Part shown: positions 1-10,707 of the stretch, piece after piece
Position numbering within the stretch: position 1 is the first letter of the stretch
Layout of the letters: every line of letters starts with the position of its first letter
Source: Desulfatiglandales bacterium
GTDB lineage: Bacteria; Desulfobacterota; DSM-4660; Desulfatiglandales; HGW-15
Reading direction: 5' to 3'
Assembly (NCBI GenBank): GCA_963667015.2
Contig: CAXXJJ010000004.1
Span: forward strand, 1,472,001-1,536,000
Length of the DNA stretch: 64,000 nt
Translations under genes and position numbers: made by a program
The notes under the pieces: model-generated
Databases searched by the model: none
Seen by the model: only the letters and a program-made list of their open reading frames with translations
What the model was told of the DNA's origin: nothing

Positions 1-97
1 CATGAATTTTCTGCCACAGCAGGAATTACAGATAAAGCGAGCGCAGCAGTTGTTGTCAGGATGACTTTTATAAACCTAATAAACATATTCAATTCCT

Positions 98-1768
98 TTA
101 TTTTTGAGGTTCCGCACATTCAAAATTAGCTTCATCATCAATACTGCCTTCACCCTTATATCGGGCCACTTCAGGATATGGGCAGAGGGGACGTGTCCGG
201 ATAACATTTCCATCCTTTACCTGTTGTGCAATTATCTTTTCCGGGGTTGTTCCCTTCTCAACCCAGTTGACAATAGCCGTAACAGAGTCAAGCTGATTCG
301 GGCATTCTCCACCGCTGCAATGGGACATTCCGGGCACCATGAAGAGCCTGAAGAAATCCGGAGTGTCCGGACCATTTACCTTAAGGGCCTCTTCGTAATA
401 ATTCACTCCTACCATTGGCTGAAGCACCGGATCAGACCACCCATAGGTCATAAGAAGTTTTCCGCCCCCTTTTCTGAAATTTGAAAGGTCAGGGTCTTTA
501 GCATCTGCAAGTTTGCCCCATGCATCCAGCATATGGATGTCTTTATCAAAGTCAAATGTGCTGCAGTCATAATCAGGCATTGGCGGCTTGTGCACAAGGT
601 AACGCATTGTGTCCTGGGCAAGCCCGAAATCTGCTGCAGGCATACCCAGCTGAGAGCTTACAATGAGACCCATCCACCCGCTCTGTGACGGACCTCCAAA
701 CATACCGGACATTATGGCTTCACTCCCGGGCATAAAACCGGGGAATATGTTTTTACCGTTGCTCACTGGGCCCTGATAAACCTTTGCAATGGCATCTGCC
801 TGTGCGGCTGTAAGACAATCAGGATTATCTGCACCCTCTTCACAGGCAGGTACATCTTTGGTTGGATCAAAGCTGCATTCACGCGGATCAGTAATCAGGC
901 CGTCTTTTAATCCGTCTATTTCATCACACTTTTCCATCACCCTCTCAGCCACAAGGGCCATTTTTTCTGCTGTAACAGGCGATGCGCTTAACGCTCTCTC
1001 ATTCCACATTGCACCGATTGTAAAACCTGTCTGGTCCAGCCATGGAGCGTTTGCAATAATTCCATCAAAATCTTCAGGGTAACGCTGGGCTTCTATCATT
1101 CCCTGTCTCCCACCATTGGAGCATGAATTCCAGTAGGAATATTTAATATTTTTCTGATAATAGTCTGCGGTGATTGCTTTTGCGGTAATGGCAGTAAGGT
1201 GAACTGCACGATAGGCATAGTCTATAGCCTTTTGAGGGTTGCTCATTACAAAGGAAGCTCCCGGCTCTTTTTTTGTATCGTGGCCTGTATCTGTAAGGGC
1301 TATTGCAAATCCCTTGCTTAGTGCCTCTTTCACCTGTGAAACCTGCATCGGGTCATCAAGAGACTGACCCGCATGACCGCCGTTACCTATCATATAAAAC
1401 CGGCCGTTCCATTTTTCAGGAAGGTTTACTTCAAAGGCAATCTCAGGATCCAGTGTACCCCTCACCTTGCAGAAACCCGGGGCGTTTCCTTCTGCCGGTG
1501 TTTCTCTGGCTTCCAGCTGTAAAATATCATCGGCCCTGAAACTGCTCATTACATCACAGGACTTTGCAGGTAAAATATTCGCCTTTGTATAGTCAACAGT
1601 CGTATCCACTGTTTCGACTGCTTCGGCTGTTTCAACGGCTTCATCTGACGGCAGATTCTGATCAGGCTGATCCTTTTCGCAGGCGCTTATCAAAAAACAG
1701 ATCAAAATTATTATTATCTTACTGAACAATCGTATTAACTGTAGCTTATTTACTTTTCTTTTCGCCAT
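98..1768 (-). CDS. Tannase/feruloyl esterase family alpha/beta hydrolase, lipoprotein
   Basis: Lipobox ISAC; nucleophile motif SCSNGG; GWSD and GMSHC motifs of the CS-D-HC tannase family; C-terminal RPLCPYP. Confidence 0.9.
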   Translation of the reverse strand: MAKRKVNKLQLIRLFSKIIIILICFLISACEKDQPDQNLPSDEAVETAEAVETVDTTVDYTKANILPAKSCDVMSSFRADDILQLEARETPAEGNAPGFCKVRGTLDPEIAFEVNLPEKWNGRFYMIGNGGHAGQSLDDPMQVSQVKEALSKGFAIALTDTGHDTKKEPGASFVMSNPQKAIDYAYRAVHLTAITAKAITADYYQKNIKYSYWNSCSNGGRQGMIEAQRYPEDFDGIIANAPWLDQTGFTIGAMWNERALSASPVTAEKMALVAERVMEKCDEIDGLKDGLITDPRECSFDPTKDVPACEEGADNPDCLTAAQADAIAKVYQGPVSNGKNIFPGFMPGSEAIMSGMFGGPSQSGWMGLIVSSQLGMPAADFGLAQDTMRYLVHKPPMPDYDCSTFDFDKDIHMLDAWGKLADAKDPDLSNFRKGGGKLLMTYGWSDPVLQPMVGVNYYEEALKVNGPDTPDFFRLFMVPGMSHCSGGECPNQLDSVTAIVNWVEKGTTPEKIIAQQVKDGNVIRTRPLCPYPEVARYKGEGSIDDEANFECAEPQK

Positions 1769-1899
1769 ATCTTCTCCCTATTTTTTGATTGTTATAAACC
1801 TGTAAATCATCAGGGTGTAAAACCCCACTTTACGGAAAGCTGAGAGTATTAAGCCAAAAACATCGGTTTTGGGCTTAATTTAAGCTCTACATTTTCTTA

Positions 1900-2808
1900 T
1901 TACCTTGAGACCGTGCAGTTAATTCCAAGATCAATATATGCCTTTTTTACGGCTTCAATCTCTTCATTTTCCATGACACAAAGATCGCCCAGTGAATACT
2001 CAATGCCGATGGCCTTATACTTATCCTTGCCCATCCTGTGAAAGGGCATCAGTTCAAGCCTTGCTGCACTGTCACCAAGGCCTTTTAAAAATTCCGCGGT
2101 TGCCTTGATGTTTGCATCCGTATCATTTACACCGGGAATCAGGGGATTACGAAAAAGGACATCCGCTTTCTGCTCTACAAGAATGGAGGCATTTTCAAGT
2201 ATCCTGTCATTGGGATGCCCGGTATATTTTTTATGAATTTCACTGTCCAGGTGCTTCAGGTCAAACAGGAAATGGTCTGTTACAGGCATTACTTCCTTAA
2301 GGGCACTTGAATTAACATTGCCGCATGTCTCAACACAGGTGTCTATCTGCTCTCCGTGGCACAACTCAAACAGCTCCCTCACAAAGGCAGGATGAAGCAG
2401 GGGTTCGCCCCCTGATACGGTTACGCCTCCGCCTGAAGAGTCATAAAACATCTTGTCCCGTCTGACCTCATCCCATACCTCATCAACAGTCATGGAATTT
2501 CCGTACCTGACAAGGGCTCCATAACTGCAGTTATCGCTGCATTCACCGCAGGAGTTGCAGAGGGAATAATCAATTCGATGTTTGTTTTGATCTGTATTTA
2601 TTGCATTTTGCTTGCAGGTCTCGGTACATTTACCGCAGCCTTTGCACAGCAGTTCAATGAACCCTATCTGCGGTTTTCCGGATATGCATTCGGGATTGGC
2701 ACACCATTTACAGGAAAGGGGGCACCCCTTGAAAAAGACAACTGTCCTTATTCCAGGCCCGTCATGAATGGAATACCCCTGAATATTGGTTATAAAGGCA
2801 CTGTTCAT
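1900..2808 (-). CDS. Glycyl-radical enzyme activating protein (radical SAM with 2x[4Fe-4S] ferredoxin insert)
   Basis: HDGPGIRTVVFFKGCPLSCKWC (CxxxCxxC), two CxxCxxCxxxC motifs, GGGVTVSGGEP. Confidence 0.92.
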   Translation of the reverse strand: MNSAFITNIQGYSIHDGPGIRTVVFFKGCPLSCKWCANPECISGKPQIGFIELLCKGCGKCTETCKQNAINTDQNKHRIDYSLCNSCGECSDNCSYGALVRYGNSMTVDEVWDEVRRDKMFYDSSGGGVTVSGGEPLLHPAFVRELFELCHGEQIDTCVETCGNVNSSALKEVMPVTDHFLFDLKHLDSEIHKKYTGHPNDRILENASILVEQKADVLFRNPLIPGVNDTDANIKATAEFLKGLGDSAARLELMPFHRMGKDKYKAIGIEYSLGDLCVMENEEIEAVKKAYIDLGINCTVSR

Positions 2809-3104
2809 TTTTATAAAAAAGTAAAAAACACTAGTAATTAAAATTGGTTACATGATGTATAAAATTGAACAGATATTATTAGCATGACAGTTAAATGTAA
2901 ACAATAAAATATGCTGATTATGTTGTATTTTCTGAAAGTTATAAAAGCTTCAATCACTTAGACCGGATAAAAATAATGTTGTGATTATCCGGTTTTTTAC
3001 ATATATATCGGTGACAGGTATCATGCAGGCACTTCAGGACTTTTAAAAGCTTTTCCATCAGTATTTATCAGCTATATGATTAAATTCAGAATATCGGTAA
3101 TAAT

Positions 3105-4202
3105 ATGAGCTACAACGATATCAGGCTATATGTGATGAGCGGTACAGGAAACACCTATCGAGTGTCGCAATGGATAAAGAAGACTGCAGAAGAGCATAAT
3201 ATCCCCACAGAAATCACCATGATAGAAGGGGTCGAAAAGAAAACCCTGAAGAAACCTGTCAAAGACAGGCTGTACGGGGTTATGTTCCCGGCACACGGGC
3301 TGATGGCACCATGGTCCATGATAAAATTTTTATTACGCATGCCTCCGGGCAACAGGGCTCCGCTCATGATCCTCTCCACCAGGGGAGGTATCAGACTGGG
3401 CAACATTGTTATTCCAGGAGCTGTGGGCTTTGGCAACTTTCTGGCTGCGCTTGTTTTAATGTTAAAGGGATACAGGGTAAAGGGGCTCTTCAGCCTGGAT
3501 ATGCCTGCCAACATGATTAATATTCACTGGGGCATGAATTCAAAAAGCTCTGAGATAATATTAAACAGGGCACGGAAAAAGTTAAATCCGGTAATTGACC
3601 GCCTTTTAACCGGTAAAAATGTATTTTACCCTGGAAACAACCTCTGGGAACTGGCATGGACAATATTGCTGTTCTGGCTGTGCCCCTTATTGCCTCTCCT
3701 TTACCTGCTCATCGGAAAACTTTTCATGGCAAAGCTCATGTTTGCAGATAATCGATGCATTGGCTGCGGAGAATGCGCAAGACACTGCCCCAACAGGGCT
3801 GTTTTAATGAAACAGATTGGCGGTAAAAACAGGCCTTTCTGGACATATCACTGCGAGGCCTGTTTAAGGTGTATGGCATTCTGTAAAAAAGAGGCCATTC
3901 TGGCAGGACATTCATGGGGAGTAATCCTGTACTTCATAACATCCGTGCCCTTCATCATGTTTTTACTCGGGAAAGCCAACCTGTTTTCTTCCATACTGCC
4001 CTATATTAAAGGCTACTGGCTGAATCAGCTTGTTGAAATGATTTACATCATTCCCGCCATGGTAATCTCATACTGGATTTTCTGGCTGCTGATTCAAATA
4101 CCATTTATAAACACATTATTTGCATATACCTCTTTTACAAGATATTTCCGCCGCTACCATGAACCGGAAACCCGCCTTAAGGATTTTATGGCAAAGGAAT
4201 GA
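3105..4202 (+). CDS. EFR1-family flavodoxin/ferredoxin protein with hydrophobic segments
   Basis: SGTGNT flavodoxin loop; CIGCGECARHCP and CEACLRCMAFC. Confidence 0.8.
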   Translation: MSYNDIRLYVMSGTGNTYRVSQWIKKTAEEHNIPTEITMIEGVEKKTLKKPVKDRLYGVMFPAHGLMAPWSMIKFLLRMPPGNRAPLMILSTRGGIRLGNIVIPGAVGFGNFLAALVLMLKGYRVKGLFSLDMPANMINIHWGMNSKSSEIILNRARKKLNPVIDRLLTGKNVFYPGNNLWELAWTILLFWLCPLLPLLYLLIGKLFMAKLMFADNRCIGCGECARHCPNRAVLMKQIGGKNRPFWTYHCEACLRCMAFCKKEAILAGHSWGVILYFITSVPFIMFLLGKANLFSSILPYIKGYWLNQLVEMIYIIPAMVISYWIFWLLIQIPFINTLFAYTSFTRYFRRYHEPETRLKDFMAKE

Positions 4203-4401
4203 AGTTAGCAGAACAGTTGAATAACAAATATTGGAAAAAAGTATTTATTTTTTGAACTGCAGATATCCTCAATGTATCACAACTTTGTGCTAAGATTGTA
4301 TAAGGCAAGAAATCCATAATTTTGGATCATCTACCCGGACCAAAATATATGGGGACATAGCTCATTATAATGAGAACTAGTCGAAGTAAAAATATTTACC
4401 T

Positions 4402-4767
4402 TTACCACAAAAGCCAGAGTATCTTATCTCCCTGTTTCTTACCCCTGACTTTTTCCATGTGCCTTAGTGTCGCGAACTCTCGTTCCAGATCCTTCAACGT
4501 TAGATTTGATCCCATTTCCGACAATAATTGATTAGGCTCAATAGCGCCCTTTTCGTCCAGTATCTTCAATATCTTCGACTGAATAGGAGTCAATATTTTA
4601 TTCTTTCCAGAATATTTTTCAAATGTCCTGGCGCTGTGGACTGCCCATGGATCGCATGTTTTCAGGGGAGACAAGACCTCGATGCAGCAATCCTCACACA
4701 AAATTTGTCCCAGGTGTTCCCTTTCTTCTCCAGAATCAATCTCCTGGTTGCATTTATCACATTTCAT
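4402..4767 (-). CDS. Hypothetical protein, N-terminal Zn-finger (CxxC...CxxC) and C-terminal winged-helix-like region
   Basis: Start moved to ATG 4767 behind AGGAGG; CDKC, CEDC, CDPWAV. Confidence 0.65.
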   Translation of the reverse strand: MKCDKCNQEIDSGEEREHLGQILCEDCCIEVLSPLKTCDPWAVHSARTFEKYSGKNKILTPIQSKILKILDEKGAIEPNQLLSEMGSNLTLKDLEREFATLRHMEKVRGKKQGDKILWLLW

Positions 4768-4991
4768 GTTAACCTCCTGATTCGTTGATTTGATCAACAT
4801 ATTATTATCATAATTTAATCAATGTTGAAATAAGAGTCCCATTCCTGCGATTTCAATCAATTCACTGGTATAATCTGTAGAGTTAATATCAGGAAATATC
4901 CGAATACACTTCAAAGTAACTTATGATTATGATAAAAAGCTTTATTTATGTATCATTTTACTAATTTCCTATAATAAAGAGCGAGGTAAAT

Positions 4992-5765
4992 ATGAAGATA
5001 CTGAATTGGCGCGTAATACTTGGATTGTCACTCCTCCTGCTTTCAGCAGCCGTCTACTATTTACATTACTTACTATTTCATGATGCACATCATATTTTTA
5101 TATATCTTGTGGGAGATGTAGCCTTTGTGTTCATTGAGGTATTACTTGTTACAATGGTAATACACCAGCTGTTGAATGAGTGGGAAAAAAAGTCTAAGTT
5201 GAAAAAATTGAATATGGTGATTGAGACATTTTTCAGTGAATTTGGAAAGCCCTTGCTGGCTTATCTATCCAATGCTGACATAGATCTTGAAACAATACGG
5301 AATACTGTTGTGATGGATTGTGACTGCGAGCCGGACTTCAAACGTGCAGCATCTGCTGTCCGCTCCTATAATGGTAATATTGACCTGACTAAGATTAAAC
5401 TGGATAATCTTGAAAATTTTCTGTGTGCAAAACGGGTATTTCTTGTAAACCTGCTCCAGAATCCCAACCTGCTGGAACATGAGACCTTCACTGAATCACT
5501 TATGGCCCTGTTCCACATCACAGAAGAACTCGCGGCCAGAGATCTGGATAATCTGTCGGAAGAAGACCGCCTGCATACAAAACACGACCTGGAACGTGCA
5601 TACGGCCTTCTCATCAGGCAGTATATTGCATACATGGAGTATACTTACAAACACTATCCCTATTTCTTCCTTTTTGTTACAAACACAAATCCATTTGACG
5701 CAGAGGCATCATGGATAGAACGGTGGTCAGGGAAGGTACATCAGACATCACTGCAGATTTGCTAA
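4992..5765 (+). CDS. Hypothetical membrane protein
   Basis: GAGG RBS, two N-terminal TM helices, 257 aa ORF. Confidence 0.7.
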   Translation: MKILNWRVILGLSLLLLSAAVYYLHYLLFHDAHHIFIYLVGDVAFVFIEVLLVTMVIHQLLNEWEKKSKLKKLNMVIETFFSEFGKPLLAYLSNADIDLETIRNTVVMDCDCEPDFKRAASAVRSYNGNIDLTKIKLDNLENFLCAKRVFLVNLLQNPNLLEHETFTESLMALFHITEELAARDLDNLSEEDRLHTKHDLERAYGLLIRQYIAYMEYTYKHYPYFFLFVTNTNPFDAEASWIERWSGKVHQTSLQIC

Positions 5766-6261
5766 TACAATATCATTTGGCTGGATTTTTTAGTCATTGT
5801 AAATCGCCCGGGGACAGCCCTTTCGCTGTCCCATTTTTCATAGTCTCCAGGGAAATCATCGTTACTTCTTCAGCTTTTCAATCATCTCCTCAACTTCTTC
5901 ATACCCTTCTTTATAATAATTTACTAAGGAATTTTAGATGAGTACGTTAAAATTTTAAGTTTTTTTTGATTCTCATCCTTTATATTGCGCCACAATACTG
6001 GATCGTTCCGGTTTAATTTTCTCATTACTAACATATTGTATATGTATGAACGCGTTCAAAACCTGTAATATCTGCTATGTATATCAGGTTTTTAGATAGT
6101 GCTAATTGTACAGATATCTCGGACATATCTACAATTTTGCTCTAGTTTTAAAAGCAGGTATATTTTTATAAAGTTTTGTCGCCTTTCATTTTGGCTCCCG
6201 CTGGAAAACAACGGATAAACTCTGGGAGAAATCTTACTTTTAATCTCGACATTAATGCAAA

Positions 6262-6286
6262 GGGCACGATGCGTCGTGCCCCTACA
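6262..6286 (-). repeat. GTAG-type REP palindrome
   Basis: Reverse complement TGTAGGGGCACGACGCATCGTGCCC is identical to 54113-54137. Confidence 0.8.
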
Positions 6287-6350
6287 ATTACTATACCTCG
6301 AAAGAGGTAAAAATCATCCACGACACTAACAAGACAACATATAACCGCCG

Positions 6351-6844
6351 TCAGATAGTACCTGTAACCTGTGCAGAGGCAGGGGATGCCAGGTATACTG
6401 CCATTGCACCCACCTCGATTGGTTCACCAAAACGCCTGGCAGGCATCTGGTTAATTATATAAGACATCTCTTCTACATTATACCAGTCGGTCAGATCCTC
6501 ATCCATGTTAAGGAGCTCGCTAAAGCAGGATATTCCGGCATTATTTACCAGTATGTCAAAATTACCGAATGATTCATATCCCTCATTAACCGCCCTGCGT
6601 AAACCTTTTATATCCGCGATGTCACAGGAAAAACTTTCATATCGCCCTCCATTGGGTTCTAGCTCTGCAATGGCCTCTCCGGCCTTAACACTGTCGCGGC
6701 AGAAAATTGCTATATCTGCGCCACTCTGTGCCATTGCTGCTGCTATTCCCAATCCAAGCCCCCGGTTTCCTCCTGTAACCAGTGCTTTTTTCCGCTGAGA
6801 TCAAACGCATTTTTCATGCTGGTAATTGGCGGAATCATATTCAT
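6351..6844 (-). pseudogene. SDR oxidoreductase remnant
   Basis: MNMIPPITSMKNAFDLSGK, then -1 frameshift in the A-run near 6790 into ALVTGGNRGLG; NNAG present; YxxxK region deleted; C-terminal PARRFGEP...YLAS retained. Confidence 0.85.
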
Positions 6845-6966
6845 CTCCTTTCCCGGTCATATATATTCTGTAAGAATTTTCTAAAAATAATAGCCTTTCG
6901 GAATAAACATAAAAGCGGTTAAAGAAAACCTTTAACCGCCCTTATATATTCCTGTTTATGATTATT

Positions 6967-9141
6967 TTATATCTTTTTGAGTGCCGCTTTAACCCTTTCG
7001 GGGGTCATGGGCATTTCAAACAGTTTTGCACCTGTGGCATCAAATACACCGGTTGCGATTACAGCCCCCATTCCTATAATGGCCGGTTCGCCTGCGCCCT
7101 GCGGGGGATCATTATCCTTTTTCAGTATAACGGTTTCTATCTTCGGCACCCATGAAAACCTTGGGAGTTCGTATGTATCAAAATTTTTGTCAAGAACAAC
7201 CCCGTCACTGAACTCAAGCCCTTCGGTCAGGGCATATCCCATGCTCATGACACAGCATCCTTCCATCTGTATTCTGGTCCCCTGCGGGTTTACACAAAGA
7301 CCCATATCATATACGCATACGACCCTTTTGACCTTTATTTCACCGGTCTTTTTATTTACTTCAATCTCGCCGATATGTGCCGCATAGGTATTTGCATCTA
7401 TTCCGCAGGATATGCCAATACCCCTGCCGCTGATCGATTTTGAGGGTTTGTATCCGAACTTATCGGCAGCCGCCTTCAGCACACCGATCATCTTTTCATC
7501 TTTGAGATTTTTCAAACGGAATTCCAGGGGATCGATACCTGCCTTTGCAGCCATAATACTCATCTGGAGTTCCTTTGCATGAATATTATTGGGTCCCCCC
7601 GGAGCACGCCACGGACCTACCCTGAAGGGATGAGAACCCTGAGGAGGTACCATCCAGCTTCCATATACACTGACTTTGCTGTGAGGAATATCATATATCA
7701 CTTCTGCGCACCTGTCTCCGGCCATATAGACATCATAATTCCAGAAAACCACCCGGCCTGAATTATCTATGCCTGATTTGATCTTGATAACCGCGGCCGG
7801 TCTGTATGTGTCATAAAAGAATTCCTCGGTCCTGGTAAAGGAGACCTGCACAGGTTTTCCCGTCAACTGGGCGAGCCTGGCAGCTTCGATTGCCTCAGGA
7901 TTGGAGTTAGCGGCCATCATAGACATGGTAAGCTTGCCACCAAAGGCCCCTCCGACAAAGGGCGTAATAACCCGGACCTTATCTGCCGGAACCTTGAGCC
8001 CCTTGGCAACTTCACTCTGGACTCCAAAGGGAGCCTGGGTCGATGCCCATACAGTGATTTTTCCGTTTTCTATATTTGCAAAACTGGTATGCGTCTCCAT
8101 GGGAGCATGGGCAACATAGGCACTTACATAGGTTTCTTCAAAAACCTCTTTTGCAAGCTTAATACCCTCATTAATATCTCCCTTTGGATTAGGAACCTGG
8201 GCCTGGACAGGAACCTTTACTATGTGATCATAGATAGTCTTATTGCTGAGGCCGGTTTTCGGCATGTCATATTCAGCCTTAATTTCACCCAGGGCCCGTT
8301 GTGCCTCATCGGGATTTTCATGCAGTACGGCTATAAGGTCTTCATCCCGGATAACCTGAACACCTTTGATTTTATCAGCCGCGGAAACATCCAGGCTTAT
8401 TAATTTCGCCCCGTGTGCCGGAGGTCTCAAAACACTTGCATAGAGCATACCAGGCATACGGATATCTCCGGCATATTTTGCCCTGCCCGTAACCTTGTCA
8501 AGGGCATCCTGATGAAAATATGGTTTACCTATATATTCAAAATCAGAAGGAGGTGTAACCGGGGGTTTCGGATCAATACGCCTTTCAATAATCTTTCCCT
8601 TTGTGAGGGTACCGTAGGTAACCTTCCTGCCGGTGTTCTTTTTATCGAAAACCACGCCGTTTTTTGTCTGCAAATCCTTAACAGGGCATTTAAGATACTC
8701 TGCAGCCAGTTCCTTTAGCACACCCTTTGCCTCTGAAGCGGCGGCCCTGAGCTGGACTCCGACAATACGTATGGCCATTGAACCGCCCGTCCCGATATCC
8801 CAGGGACATTTGTCCGTATCACCCATAATCATATCTACCGAATCATAGGTAACATCAAGATCATCGGCCACTATCTGGGGAAAAGATGAAATGGTCCCCT
8901 GCCCCATATCAACCTTTCCGATAAAGCATGTAACACGTTCGTCTGTACCGATCCTCAAAAAGGCATTAAAGTCAGGGGGTGGACCGAACTGGGCGGCTGA
9001 TTTTAGGGGATTACCAATTGTGCAATAGACAATAATACCACCACCCAGTAGACCCATCTTCTTTAGAAAATCCCTGCGATCGCTGTCTATTTCCTGTGGG
9101 GTAACGCTTTTCCTTAAAATATTATGCCGGTTATTTTTCAT
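6967..9141 (-). CDS. Xanthine dehydrogenase family molybdopterin-binding subunit (IorB-like), Tat-exported
   Basis: RRDFLK twin-arginine motif; DMGQG, KVTGRAKY, VGGAFGGK, WRAPG, GAGEP motifs. Confidence 0.9.
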   Translation of the reverse strand: MKNNRHNILRKSVTPQEIDSDRRDFLKKMGLLGGGIIVYCTIGNPLKSAAQFGPPPDFNAFLRIGTDERVTCFIGKVDMGQGTISSFPQIVADDLDVTYDSVDMIMGDTDKCPWDIGTGGSMAIRIVGVQLRAAASEAKGVLKELAAEYLKCPVKDLQTKNGVVFDKKNTGRKVTYGTLTKGKIIERRIDPKPPVTPPSDFEYIGKPYFHQDALDKVTGRAKYAGDIRMPGMLYASVLRPPAHGAKLISLDVSAADKIKGVQVIRDEDLIAVLHENPDEAQRALGEIKAEYDMPKTGLSNKTIYDHIVKVPVQAQVPNPKGDINEGIKLAKEVFEETYVSAYVAHAPMETHTSFANIENGKITVWASTQAPFGVQSEVAKGLKVPADKVRVITPFVGGAFGGKLTMSMMAANSNPEAIEAARLAQLTGKPVQVSFTRTEEFFYDTYRPAAVIKIKSGIDNSGRVVFWNYDVYMAGDRCAEVIYDIPHSKVSVYGSWMVPPQGSHPFRVGPWRAPGGPNNIHAKELQMSIMAAKAGIDPLEFRLKNLKDEKMIGVLKAAADKFGYKPSKSISGRGIGISCGIDANTYAAHIGEIEVNKKTGEIKVKRVVCVYDMGLCVNPQGTRIQMEGCCVMSMGYALTEGLEFSDGVVLDKNFDTYELPRFSWVPKIETVILKKDNDPPQGAGEPAIIGMGAVIATGVFDATGAKLFEMPMTPERVKAALKKI

Positions 9142-9146
9142 AGCGG

Positions 9147-9620
9147 TTACCCCCTTTTCATATCTTTTGCTGCAGTCTCTATGGCATCAATTATTCTTGG
9201 ATGTGCACCGCAGCGGCAGAGATTTCCCTCCATGGCTTCAATGATTTCATTTCTATCGGCATCAGGATTTTCATTCAAAACACCATGGGCCTTCATGATC
9301 ATGCCGGGGGTACAGAATCCGCACTGGAGAGCATCGTGCTCAACAAAGGCCTTCTGGATAGGATGGAGAACACCGTCTTTTTCAAGACCTTCAATTGTTG
9401 TAACCTTTGACCCGGCCACATCTTTAATCTTTAACTGGCATGATGGCATAGCCTCATCATCAATGAGGACTGTACATGCACCGCAAAGCCCTTCACCGCA
9501 ACCGTACTTGGTTCCGGTAAGACCCAGGTCCGTGCGAAGCACCCATAAAAGATCACGGTCACCATCAACTTCCAATGTTACCGGTTTGCTGTTTAGCGTG
9601 AAGCTGATTTTTTCCTTCAT
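9147..9620 (-). CDS. (2Fe-2S)-binding subunit (IorA/CoxS-like)
   Basis: GCGEGLCGACTV, QCGFCTPG, NLCRC. Confidence 0.93.
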   Translation of the reverse strand: MKEKISFTLNSKPVTLEVDGDRDLLWVLRTDLGLTGTKYGCGEGLCGACTVLIDDEAMPSCQLKIKDVAGSKVTTIEGLEKDGVLHPIQKAFVEHDALQCGFCTPGMIMKAHGVLNENPDADRNEIIEAMEGNLCRCGAHPRIIDAIETAAKDMKRG

Positions 9621-9749
9621 AGGGATATCTCCTTCTGTGAATTTGTTGGATAAAATATGAACATGAATTCTATAGAATTTTTAATAATAATGCAAAGAGG
9701 TAAATAATTACATACAGTTCACCCTGCAGAAGCTTTATTTATGGTTTCA

Positions 9750-10080
9750 TCATTTTCTATTAACATTGCACTTCTGTAAATCAATAAAAGGGAACGCAAC
9801 ATAGGCTTCTTCATCCCAGTAGACCTGAACCGCATCGTATGGGCATAAACGCACGCATATATCACAATCATTAACACCCCTCACCATGTAGCAGAGGGGC
9901 GGATTTAAAAATGCCTTTCCTATACTGTATTTATTTTTACGGGCAAGGGTCATTTTATCAATTGCACCGCTGGGACACACCTTTGTGCAGAAAAGATATG
10001 AATACTTCAAGAGGAGAAGGTTTGGATAGAAATTCAGGGAAAACAGCCTGCAAACTGTTTTCCCTGAAAGATAGTATGAT
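9750..10080 (-). pseudogene. Truncated NapG/MauM-like polyferredoxin remnant
   Basis: CTKVCPSGAI...C...CDICVRLCP...C present; N-terminus and last cluster missing; no convincing start. Confidence 0.55.
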
Positions 10081-10583
10081 TAATTCACCGGGCCTTCGAT
10101 AGTCAATGCTACTCTTTCAACAGTGAATTCATTCTTGGACTTTGGGGCACCCATGCCGCCGCCCATGCCACCCATGCCACCGCCCATACCGCCTCTACCC
10201 ATACTAAGGTTCGGGCGCGGGCCTCGACCGCCGGGAGTTTTTGTTTTGAATGACAGCTCAATCTTTTCACCCTTTATTTTCCCTTTATATTTCATAATTG
10301 ATTTCATGCCATACATTTCTGAAACCACGGAGAAACTGATTTTTTCACCTTTTATTTCAAGATCTTCCAGAGGCATCCATATTCCTGGGGCACCATTAAC
10401 CGAACCCATCATCGTATCGCCGATTTTTTTAAAATTAAAGGTATACTGCCTGGGCGTGCCGTCCATTCCTCCTTCCACTTCTCCTTTCCAGGTTCCCTCT
10501 ATGTCAACAGAAGATTCTTTTCCTGAAGAATGAACACAAACGACCATAAGAAGAAGACTTACAATAATTGCATAAATTTTCAT
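10080..10583 (-). CDS. Secreted small beta-rich protein with Gly/Met-rich tail (paralog of 35165-35545)
   Basis: Signal peptide; IEGTWKG...YTFNFK...ISFSV; GGMGGGMGGMGGGMG. Confidence 0.75.
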   Translation of the reverse strand: MKIYAIIVSLLLMVVCVHSSGKESSVDIEGTWKGEVEGGMDGTPRQYTFNFKKIGDTMMGSVNGAPGIWMPLEDLEIKGEKISFSVVSEMYGMKSIMKYKGKIKGEKIELSFKTKTPGGRGPRPNLSMGRGGMGGGMGGMGGGMGAPKSKNEFTVERVALTIEGPVN

Positions 10584-10707
10584 AATTTTTCCCCTTTTTT
10601 GGATTTGATAAAATGAAACTGGATTAGAATTTTTTCAGACAAGTGAATCTTTTTTTACCTGCCTCCATCCGGGAAGAGAAAGTTTCCGGATGGAGACTAA
10701 TTATTAA

